DNA from: Bacilli bacterium
Lineage (GTDB): Bacteria; Bacillota_I; Bacilli_A; RFN20; CAG-826
Assembly (NCBI GenBank): GCA_041654095.1
Contig: JBAZED010000002.1
Span: forward strand, 25,600-89,599
Direction: 5' to 3'
DNA length: 64,000 bases
Shown here: in pieces, positions 38,817-48,626 of the stretch
Layout of the letters: every line of letters begins with the position of its first letter
Numbering within the stretch: the first letter of the stretch is position 1
The notes under the pieces: model-generated
The model's input: only the letters and a program-made list of their open reading frames with translations
Databases searched by the model: none
Told to the model about the DNA's origin: nothing
Program-made: the position numbers and the translations under genes

Positions 38817-41453
38817 CTATTTCTTGGCGCTCTTTGCTTTGATTGCGGCTTGGGCAGCGGCGAGGCGAGCGACCGGGACGCGGAACGGCGAGCAGCTCAC
38901 ATAGTCAAGACCGGCATTGTGAAAGAATTCGATCGAGACCGGATCGCCACCGTGTTCTCCGCACACGCCGATATGTAAATCGGGGTTGGCTTTTCGGCCG
39001 TTGGCGACTGACATTTTGATCAGCTGTCCAACGCCGCGTTGGTCGACGGTTCGGAAAGGATCTTGTTCGAAGATTTTCTTCGCATAGTAATCATTTAGGA
39101 ACTTGCCAGCATCGTCGCGCGAGAACCCATAGGTCATCTGCGTCAAGTCGTTCGTTCCAAAGCTGAAGAAGGCCGCGTTTTTGGCAATTTCGCTAGCGAG
39201 TAAGGCGGCGCGGGGAATCTCGATCATCGTGCCGACGTGATAGACGAGCTTTTGTCCGGAGGCGGCGATGACTTCATCGGCGGTGTCAGTGATAATCTTT
39301 TTGACAAAGTCAAATTCTTTGACATCCAAGGTTAACGGAATCATGATTTCCGGAGTGATCTTCTTACCGGAATCCTTCTGAGCTTTCAAGGCGGCTTCGA
39401 TGATTGCTCTCGTTTGCATTCTGCCAATTTCCGGATAAGAGACATCGAGGCGGCAGCCGCGGTGGCCCATCATCGGGTTGAATTCGTGCAGATCGTCAAT
39501 GCGAGCGCGAATATCTTCCGGTGTTTTCTTCAACTCGAGAGCGAGTTCTTCAATCTTGTCATCTTCTTGAGGTAAGAACTCGTGAAGCGGTGGGTCGAGG
39601 AGGCGGACGTTAACATTAAGCTCGCCCATGATTGAGAACAACTTGTAGAAGTCGTCGCGTTGGTAGGGGAGCAGTTGGGCGAGAGCTTCTTCGCGGCCCT
39701 CAACGGTATCTTCGAGAATCATTTTTCTCATGTAGAAAATGCGGTTCTTGTCAAAGAACATATGTTCGGTGCGGGCTAGGCCGATGCCTTCAGCACCAAA
39801 ATTAAAGGCGGTTTGAGCATCGCGCGGCGTCTCGGCATTAGCGCGAACGTGAAGGGTGCGGCGCTCGTCTGCCCACTTCATGATACGGCCGAAATAGCCG
39901 GTCAATTGCGCTTCAACGGTTTTGACGACTCCTTCATAGACGTTGCCGGTCGAACCGTCGAGTGAGAATACATCGTTGATGCCATATACTTTTTTGCCGA
40001 TGCGAGCTGTTTTCTTATCTTCGTTGATGATGATAGCCGACGCGCCGGCGACACAAGTTTTACCCATGCCACGAGCAACGACCGCGGCGTGCGAGGTCAT
40101 GCCGCCGCGCATGGTGAGAACGCCTTCGGCGGCGACCATGCCTTCAATGTCTTCGGGCGATGTTTCAGCGCGGACGAGAATTACTTTTTCGCCGGCTTCA
40201 TGGCGGATTTTGGCTTCTTGAGCCGTAAACGCTAATTTACCGGTGCCGGCACCAGGAGAAGCTGGTAGACCAACGGCGATAGGGGTGAGTTTAGCGAGTT
40301 CTTTTTTATCGAAACTCGGGTGTAAAAGCGTGTCGAGTATGTTCGGATCAACTCTTAAGACGGCTTCTTCTTCGGAGATGATGCCTTCATCCACTAAATC
40401 GCAAGCGATTTTAAGGGCGGCTTGTGCTGTTCTTTTGCCGTTGCGGGTCTGCAAGAAATAGAGCTTTCCGTCTTCGACGGTAAATTCCATATCCTGCATA
40501 TCGCGGTAATGACCTTCCATCCTGCTAATCGTCGATACGAATTGCTTATAGACATCGGGCATTCTGGCATTGAGTTCTTCGATGTGCAGCGGAGTGCGGA
40601 GGCCGGCGACGACGTCTTCACCTTGAGCGTTTGGCAAATACTCAGCAAATACTTTGTTATCACCAGTCGATGGCGAACGCGAGAAAGCGACGCCGGTGCC
40701 ACTATTTTCATTTTTGTTGCCAAAGACCATCGATTGGACGTTGACGGCGGTGCCCCATTCATAAGGGATGTTGTTCATCTTGCGATAGACGTTGGCGCGC
40801 GGGTTGTCCCATGAGTGGAAGACGGCGGTGACGGCTTCGATGGCTTGGTTATACGGATCGGATGGGAAATCTTCGCCAAAAACCTTTTTGTAGTAAGCCT
40901 TGTATTTTTTGACTAGTTCTTTGAGTTCATCAGCCTTGATTTCGGTATCGAGATGATAGCCTTTGCTCTCTTTCAAATCGTCGAGCATCTTATCCATTTC
41001 GGTCCGGGGATGACCTTTCGCGATATTGGTAAACATAATAATGAAACGGCGGTAGCAGTCGTAGGCGAAACGCTCGTTGTTTGTCTCTTTTGCCATCGCG
41101 GTGACGGTCGTGTCATTTAAACCCAAGTTTAAAATTGTGTCCATCATGCCAGGCATACTCGCCCGGGCGCCAGAACGGACTGAGACGAGCAGAGGATTGT
41201 GCGAACCGCCAAAATTCTTGCCAGTTTCGTTTTCGATGACGTGAATGGCGTCATAAATTTCCTTGATTAAGTAATCAGGGAGGGTTTTACCGCTGTTGTA
41301 ATAGAGCGTGCAAGCTTCGGTCGTGACGGTGAATCCTTGCGGAATCGAGATGCCGATGTGGGTCATTTCTGCTAGACCGGCGCCTTTTCCTCCGAGTAGT
41401 TCCCGACCGAGACCATGGGCTTCTTTAAAGTTGTAGACATATTTTTTTACCAT
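38817..41453 (-). CDS. ppdK: pyruvate, phosphate dikinase
   Basis: Start set at ATG 41453 (MVKKYVYNFKEAHG...) with AAGGAG SD. Phosphohistidine motif GGMTSHAAVVARG. C-terminal PEP-utilising TIM barrel. About 879 aa. Confidence 0.92.
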   Translation of the reverse strand: MVKKYVYNFKEAHGLGRELLGGKGAGLAEMTHIGISIPQGFTVTTEACTLYYNSGKTLPDYLIKEIYDAIHVIENETGKNFGGSHNPLLVSVRSGARASMPGMMDTILNLGLNDTTVTAMAKETNNERFAYDCYRRFIIMFTNIAKGHPRTEMDKMLDDLKESKGYHLDTEIKADELKELVKKYKAYYKKVFGEDFPSDPYNQAIEAVTAVFHSWDNPRANVYRKMNNIPYEWGTAVNVQSMVFGNKNENSGTGVAFSRSPSTGDNKVFAEYLPNAQGEDVVAGLRTPLHIEELNARMPDVYKQFVSTISRMEGHYRDMQDMEFTVEDGKLYFLQTRNGKRTAQAALKIACDLVDEGIISEEEAVLRVDPNILDTLLHPSFDKKELAKLTPIAVGLPASPGAGTGKLAFTAQEAKIRHEAGEKVILVRAETSPEDIEGMVAAEGVLTMRGGMTSHAAVVARGMGKTCVAGASAIIINEDKKTARIGKKVYGINDVFSLDGSTGNVYEGVVKTVEAQLTGYFGRIMKWADERRTLHVRANAETPRDAQTAFNFGAEGIGLARTEHMFFDKNRIFYMRKMILEDTVEGREEALAQLLPYQRDDFYKLFSIMGELNVNVRLLDPPLHEFLPQEDDKIEELALELKKTPEDIRARIDDLHEFNPMMGHRGCRLDVSYPEIGRMQTRAIIEAALKAQKDSGKKITPEIMIPLTLDVKEFDFVKKIITDTADEVIAASGQKLVYHVGTMIEIPRAALLASEIAKNAAFFSFGTNDLTQMTYGFSRDDAGKFLNDYYAKKIFEQDPFRTVDQRGVGQLIKMSVANGRKANPDLHIGVCGEHGGDPVSIEFFHNAGLDYVSCSPFRVPVARLAAAQAAIKAKSAKK

Positions 41454-41574
41454 GTGTTTTCTCCTTAATGTTGCTGAGCTGTCTTGGCTCACCGATAAAA
41501 GAATATCATAGATATTGCATAAAAATAACTAAAAAAGCGTTTGTAAGCGTTTTTATCAATAGATACAATGAGAA

Positions 41575-42519
41575 TCACTTAATTTCGTTGATCAAATCTT
41601 CCCAGAGCATGCCCGCGATCGGGAGAGGTTTACTCGACATTAGAATCCGCTTAATTTTCTCGGCGCGGTGCAGTTCAATGAAGAAAGGTTGTTCATTGAC
41701 TTTGATGGACATGAGGACATCGCCGAAGATGGAGAGCCAGTATCGGAACCGGCGTTTAAAAAAGGTGCGGATGATTTTTTCATCACCGGTTTGTTCGGCT
41801 AAATAGCGGACCGCCGCAAAGCACTTCAAATGCAAATCGGTGCGGTTGCTCGAGAGGCTGGCCGTCGCCGATTCGTTCGTCCGGCGGTAAAAATACAATG
41901 GTTCGGTCAGCGTGATTGTTTTGTTGGCATAGCAATAAAGAGCAAAATTAATTAAGAAGTCTTCAAACATAATGAGTCTGTTTGACACCGGAAGATCGGC
42001 GTTTTTGATGAACTCGGCGCGGTACATCTTCATCGGCATGTATCCGCGGATGTTGAAGTCGCGCAGCAGAGATCCGACGCCTCCATAGCGGTCGTAGATG
42101 CGCCTTTTGGCCAGAATGTTGCGGCTGATGCGGCCACTGGGCATGATTTTGACATATGAGCAATTGACGATGTCAGCATTATGAGCGGTTATTTTCCCAT
42201 ACATGTGCTTGACGAAAGAAAGCTTGTACATATCGTCGCTGTCGAGGAAGCATATATATTTTCCACGCGCCTCATCGATGCCCCGTTTACGGGCAAACCC
42301 GACCGATAAGCCCTCGGTGGTAATGTGGCGGATATTTTTATAGCGCTTTGCATATTGCTCGATAATATCGCGGCTGTTATCGGTCGATCCGTTGTTGATA
42401 ATCAGAATTTCATACGGCAGTTCGAAATCTTGCGAGACAGCGCTAAAAAGGCATGACGAAAGATGCTTCTCTGAGTTGCGGACCGGAATAATAATGCTGA
42501 CAACGACGTCGGTGATCAT
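41575..42519 (-). CDS. family 2 glycosyltransferase (cytoplasmic, no TM)
   Basis: GT-A fold. N-terminal SIIIPVRN, and a DxD-like FLDSDD. The start could be TTG 42531 or ATG 42519; no SD for either. Confidence 0.7.
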   Translation of the reverse strand: MITDVVVSIIIPVRNSEKHLSSCLFSAVSQDFELPYEILIINNGSTDNSRDIIEQYAKRYKNIRHITTEGLSVGFARKRGIDEARGKYICFLDSDDMYKLSFVKHMYGKITAHNADIVNCSYVKIMPSGRISRNILAKRRIYDRYGGVGSLLRDFNIRGYMPMKMYRAEFIKNADLPVSNRLIMFEDFLINFALYCYANKTITLTEPLYFYRRTNESATASLSSNRTDLHLKCFAAVRYLAEQTGDEKIIRTFFKRRFRYWLSIFGDVLMSIKVNEQPFFIELHRAEKIKRILMSSKPLPIAGMLWEDLINEIK

Positions 42520-42576
42520 GTGAGTTAGCAAAGCAATTTTACCATAAAAGCATAAAATGAAAGATTTCGATTTTTA

Positions 42577-42617
42577 GAAAAAATCACAAACACCGTCTCA
42601 TCAAGGGCGGTGTTTGT
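42577..42617 (-). terminator. intrinsic terminator after the ABC operon (ACAAACACCG ... CGGTGTTTGT plus U-run on the minus strand)
   Basis: 10-bp perfect inverted repeat at 42586-95 and 42608-17 with an A-run on the plus strand (U-run on the minus strand). Confidence 0.65.
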
Positions 42618-42631
42618 GTAAGAAACCTCGA

Positions 42632-44473
42632 TTATGCAGGCTTTGCTTCGTTTTGGAGGTTATTTTGCTCGGGTTCCGCCAATGGATTTCGGCCCGAGAA
42701 CTGCGCGTTATATAAGTCGGCGTAGAAACCATTATTGGCGAGTAGTTCTTGATGATTGCCGATTTCGACAATCTGCCCTTTTTGCATGACGATGATGACC
42801 TTCGCGTTTTTAATCGTCGATAAACGGTGAGCGATTATGAAGCTAGTCTTGCCAACCATCATCTTGTTCATCGCGTCTTGAATGGCGACTTCGGTGCGCG
42901 TATCAACACTCGAAGTAGCTTCATCAAGAATTAGTATTTTTGGCTTGGAAACGATGGCTCTGGCAATCGTTAAAAGCTGTCTTTGCCCTTGCGAAATATT
43001 CGTGCCGTCTTCGTTCAAGGCGAAATTGTAACCACCAGGAAGAGTTTTGATAAAGTGGTCGGCGTGGGCCTGAAGCGCTGCTTCTTCGATTTCCTGATCG
43101 GTGGCATCGCTCCGCCCATAGCGGATATTGTCGCGGATCGTACCCGAGAAGAGCCACGTGTCTTGCAAGACCATGCCAACTGCGCCGCGAAGAGTTCCGC
43201 GGGCATAATTGCGAATGTCGACGCCATCGAGCAAGATGTGTCCGCTATTCACTTCATAGAAGCGCATGATCAAGTTGACGATGGTCGTTTTGCCGGCGCC
43301 TGTCGGACCGACGATAGCGATGCTGTCACCAGTGTTAACTTTCAAGTTAAAATTTTTGATTAACGGCCTGTCGGAGCTATATGAAAATTCGACGTTCTCA
43401 AAGGCGATTTCGCCCTTGATTACTTCTTCATCGGTAATCGCATCGACTGTTTCCGGTTCCATTTCAACTTCCTCGAGGAGAATATGGACGCGCTCTCCGG
43501 AGGCGAGAACGGATTGGATGATGCTGGAAATTTGTCCAATTTGTTGGAATGGTTGCTGAAACATTTGCAAGAACAGAAAGAAAGCGACCATGTTGCCGGG
43601 ATTATCGAGGATGCCGCCGACGACGCTGACACCGATAAAACCGAGGTTGCCGATGAAGCGCATCGTCGGGAAGATGAAGCCGGAGAGCCATTGTGATTTC
43701 CAATCGGCTTTCATCATTGCGTTGTTGATGTTTTCAAAGGCCTCTTGAACATCTTTTTCTTTGTTAAATAGCTTTACAACTTTGAATCCTGAGTAATTTT
43801 CCTCGGCAATTGAATTAAGCTTGCCGAGATGCGAGCGGTATTTCTTAAATTCCTTTTGAGCATTGACGGCAATCAAGACGGTAAAGAGAACTGTAAAAGG
43901 CAAGATGGCGATCGCCACTAGCGCTAATTCCCACGAAGTGACGAACATGGCAATCACGACGCCGATAAATAGCGAAACACCGAGGATTGTCTGATTCACA
44001 ATCGTGCTCATATTCCGCGAAATGTTGTCGACATCGTTTGTGCCTCGAGATAAAATCTCGCCATAAGTATTTTTGTCAAAATAACTCAATGGTAAACGAT
44101 CTAGTTTATCCTTGATTTTTGCGCGAATATTATAAGCATAATCAGCTGAAATTTTAACGACGATCCAGTCGGCCAACCACGTTAGCAACGCCGAGCCGAC
44201 ATAAAAGGAAAGCATGATTAAAACGGATTTTAAAACCTCGGTCCACAGTATTTGGTAGGCTCCGCCGACAATGACTGCCAAATTGATAAAGTCATTGACG
44301 AAATTGCCAAGTAGTATCGGCATCAAAACCGAGAGGGTTGAAGAGATGAGAAGAATAATAATGACGAAAATAAAGGTTCCGATCAGCGGGCGGAAATCAG
44401 CCAAGAGTAAAGCGGCGGCCCTTTTGAGATTGCGGGGTTTGGCACCCATCATGGCATCGGTTGAGCGAGGCAT
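42632..44473 (-). CDS. ABC exporter, fused permease-ATPase (heterodimer partner B)
   Basis: 613 aa. 6-TM domain, then Walker A GPTGAGKTT, signature LSQGQRQ, Walker B ILILDEATS. Confidence 0.9.
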   Translation of the reverse strand: MPRSTDAMMGAKPRNLKRAAALLLADFRPLIGTFIFVIIILLISSTLSVLMPILLGNFVNDFINLAVIVGGAYQILWTEVLKSVLIMLSFYVGSALLTWLADWIVVKISADYAYNIRAKIKDKLDRLPLSYFDKNTYGEILSRGTNDVDNISRNMSTIVNQTILGVSLFIGVVIAMFVTSWELALVAIAILPFTVLFTVLIAVNAQKEFKKYRSHLGKLNSIAEENYSGFKVVKLFNKEKDVQEAFENINNAMMKADWKSQWLSGFIFPTMRFIGNLGFIGVSVVGGILDNPGNMVAFFLFLQMFQQPFQQIGQISSIIQSVLASGERVHILLEEVEMEPETVDAITDEEVIKGEIAFENVEFSYSSDRPLIKNFNLKVNTGDSIAIVGPTGAGKTTIVNLIMRFYEVNSGHILLDGVDIRNYARGTLRGAVGMVLQDTWLFSGTIRDNIRYGRSDATDQEIEEAALQAHADHFIKTLPGGYNFALNEDGTNISQGQRQLLTIARAIVSKPKILILDEATSSVDTRTEVAIQDAMNKMMVGKTSFIIAHRLSTIKNAKVIIVMQKGQIVEIGNHQELLANNGFYADLYNAQFSGRNPLAEPEQNNLQNEAKPA

Positions 44474-46272
44474 TATTCTTCACCTCCTTCCGTTAGGAGA
44501 ACTTGTTTCTTGAGTTCGAGTGTGCGCTTGATTTCGCTTTCATCCATCTGGGAGAAAACGATTTCTTGATATACTTGGCACTTCTTAAGCAATTCCTGAT
44601 GTTTTCCCTGTCCGACGATGCGGCCTTCGTTGAGGACTAAAATATTGTCGGCATCCATAATGGATGAAACGCGTTGGGCGACGATGATGACGGACGAGAA
44701 CTTCGTGTATCCTTTTAATGCGGTGCGAAGGCGAATATCGGTCTTGAAATCGAGAGCCGAGAAAGAATCATCAAAAACATAAATCTCGGGTTTCTTAACG
44801 AGGGCGCGAGCGATGGCGAGGCGTTGTTTTTGGCCACCGGAGAAATTTTTACCGCCCTGTGATACTTCAGCGTCGATCCCACTTTCATTTTTAGCGACAA
44901 AGCGAGCGGCTTGAGCGACTTCCAAGGCAGACTGAATTTCCTCATCGCTCCCATCTTTTTTGCCGAACTTCATGTTATCGCGGATCGTGCCCGAGAAAAG
45001 GAGGGCTTGCTGTGGAACAAAGCCGATTTTGTCGCGCAGATCCTTTTGCGAATAGTCGCGGACATCGATGCCATCGACGAGGATTCGCCCCGCAGTTATG
45101 TCATAAAAACGCGGGATCAAATTGATGATTGATGATTTTCCGCTGCCGGTCGAACCAATGATAGCGGTGACCTGCCCCGGCTTGGCCTCAAACGAGATAT
45201 TTTGGAGGGTGGGGGCTTTTGAATCGGGGAATGTAAAAGTGACATCATCAAAGATGACGTGCCCTCTTTCGCCGGCATTATTATCTTTTGGATCACTGGG
45301 GTCGCGTATAAATACTGCCGTATCCAAAACCTGATTGATACGCTTGGCGCTGACGCCCGCTCGCGGTATGTTAATAAGCAGCATCGAAAACATTAAAAAA
45401 GACATCATGATATGTATAGCATATTGAGAAGTCACGAGAATGTTATCTAAACGCGCGGTTTGCGCAGTGCCTTCGATAATGGCAAAGCCGAATACAAAGA
45501 CGCCGAAATATGTGAGATCAAAGAAAATCGAAATCAAGGGGTTGGCGAACGACATCGTCCGTCCGACCTTGGTGATTAGTTTTGTCATGTGGCCGTTGAC
45601 TTTCGAAAACCTTTGCTTCTCTTTTTCTTCTTGATTAAAAGCGCGGACGACGCGGACGCCGGTTAAAGATTCGCGCATGACCTTGGTGACATCGTCGATA
45701 GCCAATTGGATTTTCTTAAAAAGGGGCATGGCGATCGAGAAGAGGATGACAATCGTCAAGATGATGAGCGGCAGCGAAAAAGCGAGGATGAGCGCTAACT
45801 GGACATCGGTTCGCAAGACTTGAACAATGGCAATAGTCATGATGACCGGCGACATGACCATGATGCGGAGGCCCATGACAACGACCGTCTGAACCATCTC
45901 GACATCGTTTGTGGTGCGCGTTATTAAGGAAGCGGTTCCGATTCGGTCATAGTCGCCCATGGAAAACGACAAGACTTTTTGAAAGACGGCGGCGCGGACT
46001 CTTTTGCCGAAATACGAGCCGACATATGAGACGCTCAGCGAAGTGGCGAGAGCGATGACGATTGTAATTCCGGCGTAGATGAGCATCTCCAGTCCTTTAT
46101 TGATAATAAATTGGGAGTCGATGACGCTTGCCGTAGTGATGTGGTTGACGATTTCGCCCATCAGACGCGGGAGGCTCAGCTGCGAAAAAGCTTGAGCTCC
46201 AATCAATAAAAAAACGATGATAATGAGCCATATTTTCGGTTTTAAGAAATGGAAGAGTTTAATCATTAGCAA
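44473..46272 (-). CDS. ABC exporter, fused permease-ATPase (heterodimer partner A)
   Basis: 599 aa. Walker A GSTGSGKSS, signature FSGGQKQR, Walker B IYVFDDSFSALD. 1-nt overlap with the downstream partner. Confidence 0.9.
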   Translation of the reverse strand: MLMIKLFHFLKPKIWLIIIVFLLIGAQAFSQLSLPRLMGEIVNHITTASVIDSQFIINKGLEMLIYAGITIVIALATSLSVSYVGSYFGKRVRAAVFQKVLSFSMGDYDRIGTASLITRTTNDVEMVQTVVVMGLRIMVMSPVIMTIAIVQVLRTDVQLALILAFSLPLIILTIVILFSIAMPLFKKIQLAIDDVTKVMRESLTGVRVVRAFNQEEKEKQRFSKVNGHMTKLITKVGRTMSFANPLISIFFDLTYFGVFVFGFAIIEGTAQTARLDNILVTSQYAIHIMMSFLMFSMLLINIPRAGVSAKRINQVLDTAVFIRDPSDPKDNNAGERGHVIFDDVTFTFPDSKAPTLQNISFEAKPGQVTAIIGSTGSGKSSIINLIPRFYDITAGRILVDGIDVRDYSQKDLRDKIGFVPQQALLFSGTIRDNMKFGKKDGSDEEIQSALEVAQAARFVAKNESGIDAEVSQGGKNFSGGQKQRLAIARALVKKPEIYVFDDSFSALDFKTDIRLRTALKGYTKFSSVIIVAQRVSSIMDADNILVLNEGRIVGQGKHQELLKKCQVYQEIVFSQMDESEIKRTLELKKQVLLTEGGEE

Positions 46273-46886
46273 TTACCTTTCTTTGTGAACAAATTCATGA
46301 TGATGTCTGGGCTGGGTTTGGTGACAGTTTTTTTGATCATATTAATGCGCGTGTAGCACAACCCTTTAATTATTGAGTAATAGATGATGGCGAATTCGCG
46401 GGGATCGCCACCGGGGACGTCGCCCTCTTTTTGACCGCGGGCAATTAAGTCGACGAAGAAGTGGAAGAAAGGCTTTTTGGCGCCAGCGCTCTTTTCCTTG
46501 GGAGGCAGTGGCAGGGTGCGCTGCAAGTGCATATTAACAAACATGTATAAGAAGTATAAACCCTTATCTTCTTGATATATTTCATCGAGCATGTGCGTGA
46601 CAATTTCGCGGATTGCTTGAAGAGCCGGAACTTTGCTGTAATTGCTCTCCTCTTTGCGCTTTTTGCTCGCTCCTTCTTCAGCGATGGCGATGAGTTCGAG
46701 AAATACCTCGGCTTTGTTCGCAAAGTAGTGGTAAAAAAGGCCGTGAGAACAATTGGCTTCCTCCGTGATGTCGCTGATGACGACCGAATCGTAACCGCGA
46801 ACTGCAAAAAGGCGCAGAGCGGTCTCTAAAATGAGATTTCGCCTCTCGTCTTTTATCAGCTGGTTTTGCTCGGGAGTTTTGGGCAT
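46266..46886 (-). CDS. TetR-family repressor of the ABC exporter operon
   Basis: Start set at MPKTPEQNQLIKDERRNLILETALRLFAVRGYDSVVISDITEEANCSHGLFYHYF (TetR HTH). Overlaps the first ABC gene by 7 nt. Confidence 0.75.
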   Translation of the reverse strand: MPKTPEQNQLIKDERRNLILETALRLFAVRGYDSVVISDITEEANCSHGLFYHYFANKAEVFLELIAIAEEGASKKRKEESNYSKVPALQAIREIVTHMLDEIYQEDKGLYFLYMFVNMHLQRTLPLPPKEKSAGAKKPFFHFFVDLIARGQKEGDVPGGDPREFAIIYYSIIKGLCYTRINMIKKTVTKPSPDIIMNLFTKKGNC

Positions 46887-46897
46887 AAAGTCTTTCG

Positions 46898-46948
46898 TTG
46901 ACACAATTGTCAATACAAAAGTATAGTCCCAATAAAATGGGATTTCAA
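46898..46948 (-). promoter_or_regulatory. promoter (TTGAAA-N17-TATACT) with a downstream palindromic operator TTGACA-caat-TGTCAA
   Basis: Minus strand reads agtgaTTGAAAtcccattttattgggacTATACTtttgtaTTGACAATTGTGTCAAcgaaagactttATG. A 16-bp palindrome lies between the -10 and the tetR start codon, typical of TetR autoregulation. Confidence 0.5.
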
Positions 46949-46974
46949 TCACTTTGAAGACAAATTTAAAGGAA

Positions 46975-46997
46975 TAAAAAAGAGCATAAAATGCTCT
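46975..46997 (-). terminator. intrinsic terminator after the PAP2 gene (GAGCAT-aaa-ATGCTC plus U-run on the minus strand)
   Basis: Plus strand reads aaaaaagagcataaaatgctctaat, 9 nt past the PAP2 stop. Confidence 0.6.
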
Positions 46998-47005
46998 AAT
47001 TTGAT

Positions 47006-47710
47006 TTATTGCTGAGAATCGACTTCCCCTGCCTTATCTTTTTTGAAGAGGCGTAAGAGCAATTTAATGACTTTCGGTTCGAGGAAGCGGAGCAAATAGA
47101 AGAGTCCGATTGCCGCACCGACGGCGAAGATGGCGCCAAAGATGACGTCGGTCGGCCAATGGACGCCGAGCCACAAGCGCGATACTGCGATGATAAAAGC
47201 CAAAACGAGAGCCGGAATTCCAAGTTTGCGGCTGTGAATGAACATCATCGTCGCACACGCCACCGAAGCGACGGTGTGACCCGAGAAGAAGGAAGTGCTA
47301 TCGGGAATCTCGCCAAATCCTAAGAAGAGGCCGTCGCCAAAGAAAGTGGCAACTGCGAAATCGCGAAGATTTGTGGCCTCCGGATAGGCGGCAATCGTGT
47401 TTTCGTAGAACGGCCGCGATCTGTTGGTGATGAGCTTAATAATATAGTTATTAGTGCCGCCGATTAAAGCGTAGGTGATGATGACATAAATGCCTATCCG
47501 CCTCGTTTTTTTAAAGAAAAGCATGACGATTCCGGAAGTGATCCAGACGATGCCCTTATCTCCAAAGAGCGTCAGTATTAAGAGCACTTTATCAATGAAA
47601 GAACCATGTAAACTGTTGAACCACATGAGAAGAGACATCTCCCATGCCCCCATGTCCCAATACTTACCGACGTTTTCCAATCCTTCAGTTACGAGCATCA
47701 ATAAATTCAT
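47006..47710 (-). CDS. PAP2-family lipid phosphatase (undecaprenyl-pyrophosphate phosphatase-like)
   Basis: 234 aa membrane protein. PAP2 motifs KLITNRSRP, SGHTV, SRLWLGVHWPTD. Confidence 0.85.
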   Translation of the reverse strand: MNLLMLVTEGLENVGKYWDMGAWEMSLLMWFNSLHGSFIDKVLLILTLFGDKGIVWITSGIVMLFFKKTRRIGIYVIITYALIGGTNNYIIKLITNRSRPFYENTIAAYPEATNLRDFAVATFFGDGLFLGFGEIPDSTSFFSGHTVASVACATMMFIHSRKLGIPALVLAFIIAVSRLWLGVHWPTDVIFGAIFAVGAAIGLFYLLRFLEPKVIKLLLRLFKKDKAGEVDSQQ

Positions 47711-47717
47711 AAGATCT

Positions 47718-48626
47718 CTACCCCTTTACCAATTCTTTTTCCTTGCGACTAAATCGCACGAACATGTATGAAAGCGCTCCGCCGATGACTAAGGCCAAGC
47801 CGGCTAACACAATTTCCCACCAGCGGATACCGACCGTGGTGTAATACAAATAGATATCGTTATTGTAATAGATGGCGACCAGCGAACCAAAAATGATGCC
47901 GATTATCGAATAGAAAGTCCCGATGCGCGCTTTAGCGAGTAAAGTGGCAATCGCCTTTGAAGCGATAAAGACCCCGATGACAATGCCGATGGCCAGAACT
48001 ATCAAAATCGAAATTGCCGCTCCGACATTCGTCCAGCTGAGAAAATTATTGATCAAATTCAACGTGGGAGTATAGAAACCTAAAACCATCAAGACCATCG
48101 AGCCGGAAATGCCAGGCACGACAAACGCGAAAGAAGCCGCAATGCCGGCGAGGAGAACTAATATATAAAGCCACCACGGGCGAGCGTCATACAATGATTG
48201 AATATTTAAACCGAAAGTGACTGAAATCACTCCCAGACCAATCGACAAAACGAAAGAGATGACTAAGACGACGATATAGATCGGCTTTATTTTTGCGTTG
48301 CGGACCTCATCAAAAATGCCTGGCATACCGCCCAAGATGAAACCGGCGAACAAAGTGACCATGACGATCATGATATGTTCAAACGCAAGGCTAAATGGAT
48401 ACCAGCAGATGAGAATTGCCAGACCCGCCCCGATAGCTATCGGGAGAAGCGTTTTCACAGATTCGACAAACTTCTTAAGCAGATTATTTATCGAATTGAC
48501 GATTTTATCATAGATACCCAAAATGACGGCCATCGTCCCCCCGCTGACGCCGGGAATGATAAAAGCGACGCCGATCGCCAAACCTTTTGCGAGGTCTAAT
48601 CCTTTTTCTCTCAAGGCCTTTTTCAT
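47718..48626 (-). CDS. DUF368 family membrane protein (PopT-like candidate undecaprenyl-phosphate transporter)
   Basis: 302 aa polytopic. Duplicated signature IPGVSGGTMAV ... VPGISGSMVLMV. Ends 8 nt before the PAP2 start. Confidence 0.85.
   Translation of the reverse strand: MKKALREKGLDLAKGLAIGVAFIIPGVSGGTMAVILGIYDKIVNSINNLLKKFVESVKTLLPIAIGAGLAILICWYPFSLAFEHIMIVMVTLFAGFILGGMPGIFDEVRNAKIKPIYIVVLVISFVLSIGLGVISVTFGLNIQSLYDARPWWLYILVLLAGIAASFAFVVPGISGSMVLMVLGFYTPTLNLINNFLSWTNVGAAISILIVLAIGIVIGVFIASKAIATLLAKARIGTFYSIIGIIFGSLVAIYYNNDIYLYYTTVGIRWWEIVLAGLALVIGGALSYMFVRFSRKEKELVKG

Noticed and set aside
41454-41574. Repeated AGCGTTT motifs (aaaagcgtttgtaagcgttttt) as a terminator for the GT2 gene
   Set aside because: The repeats are direct, not inverted, so no stable hairpin forms. 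It is likely just part of an AT-rich promoter region for ppdK.
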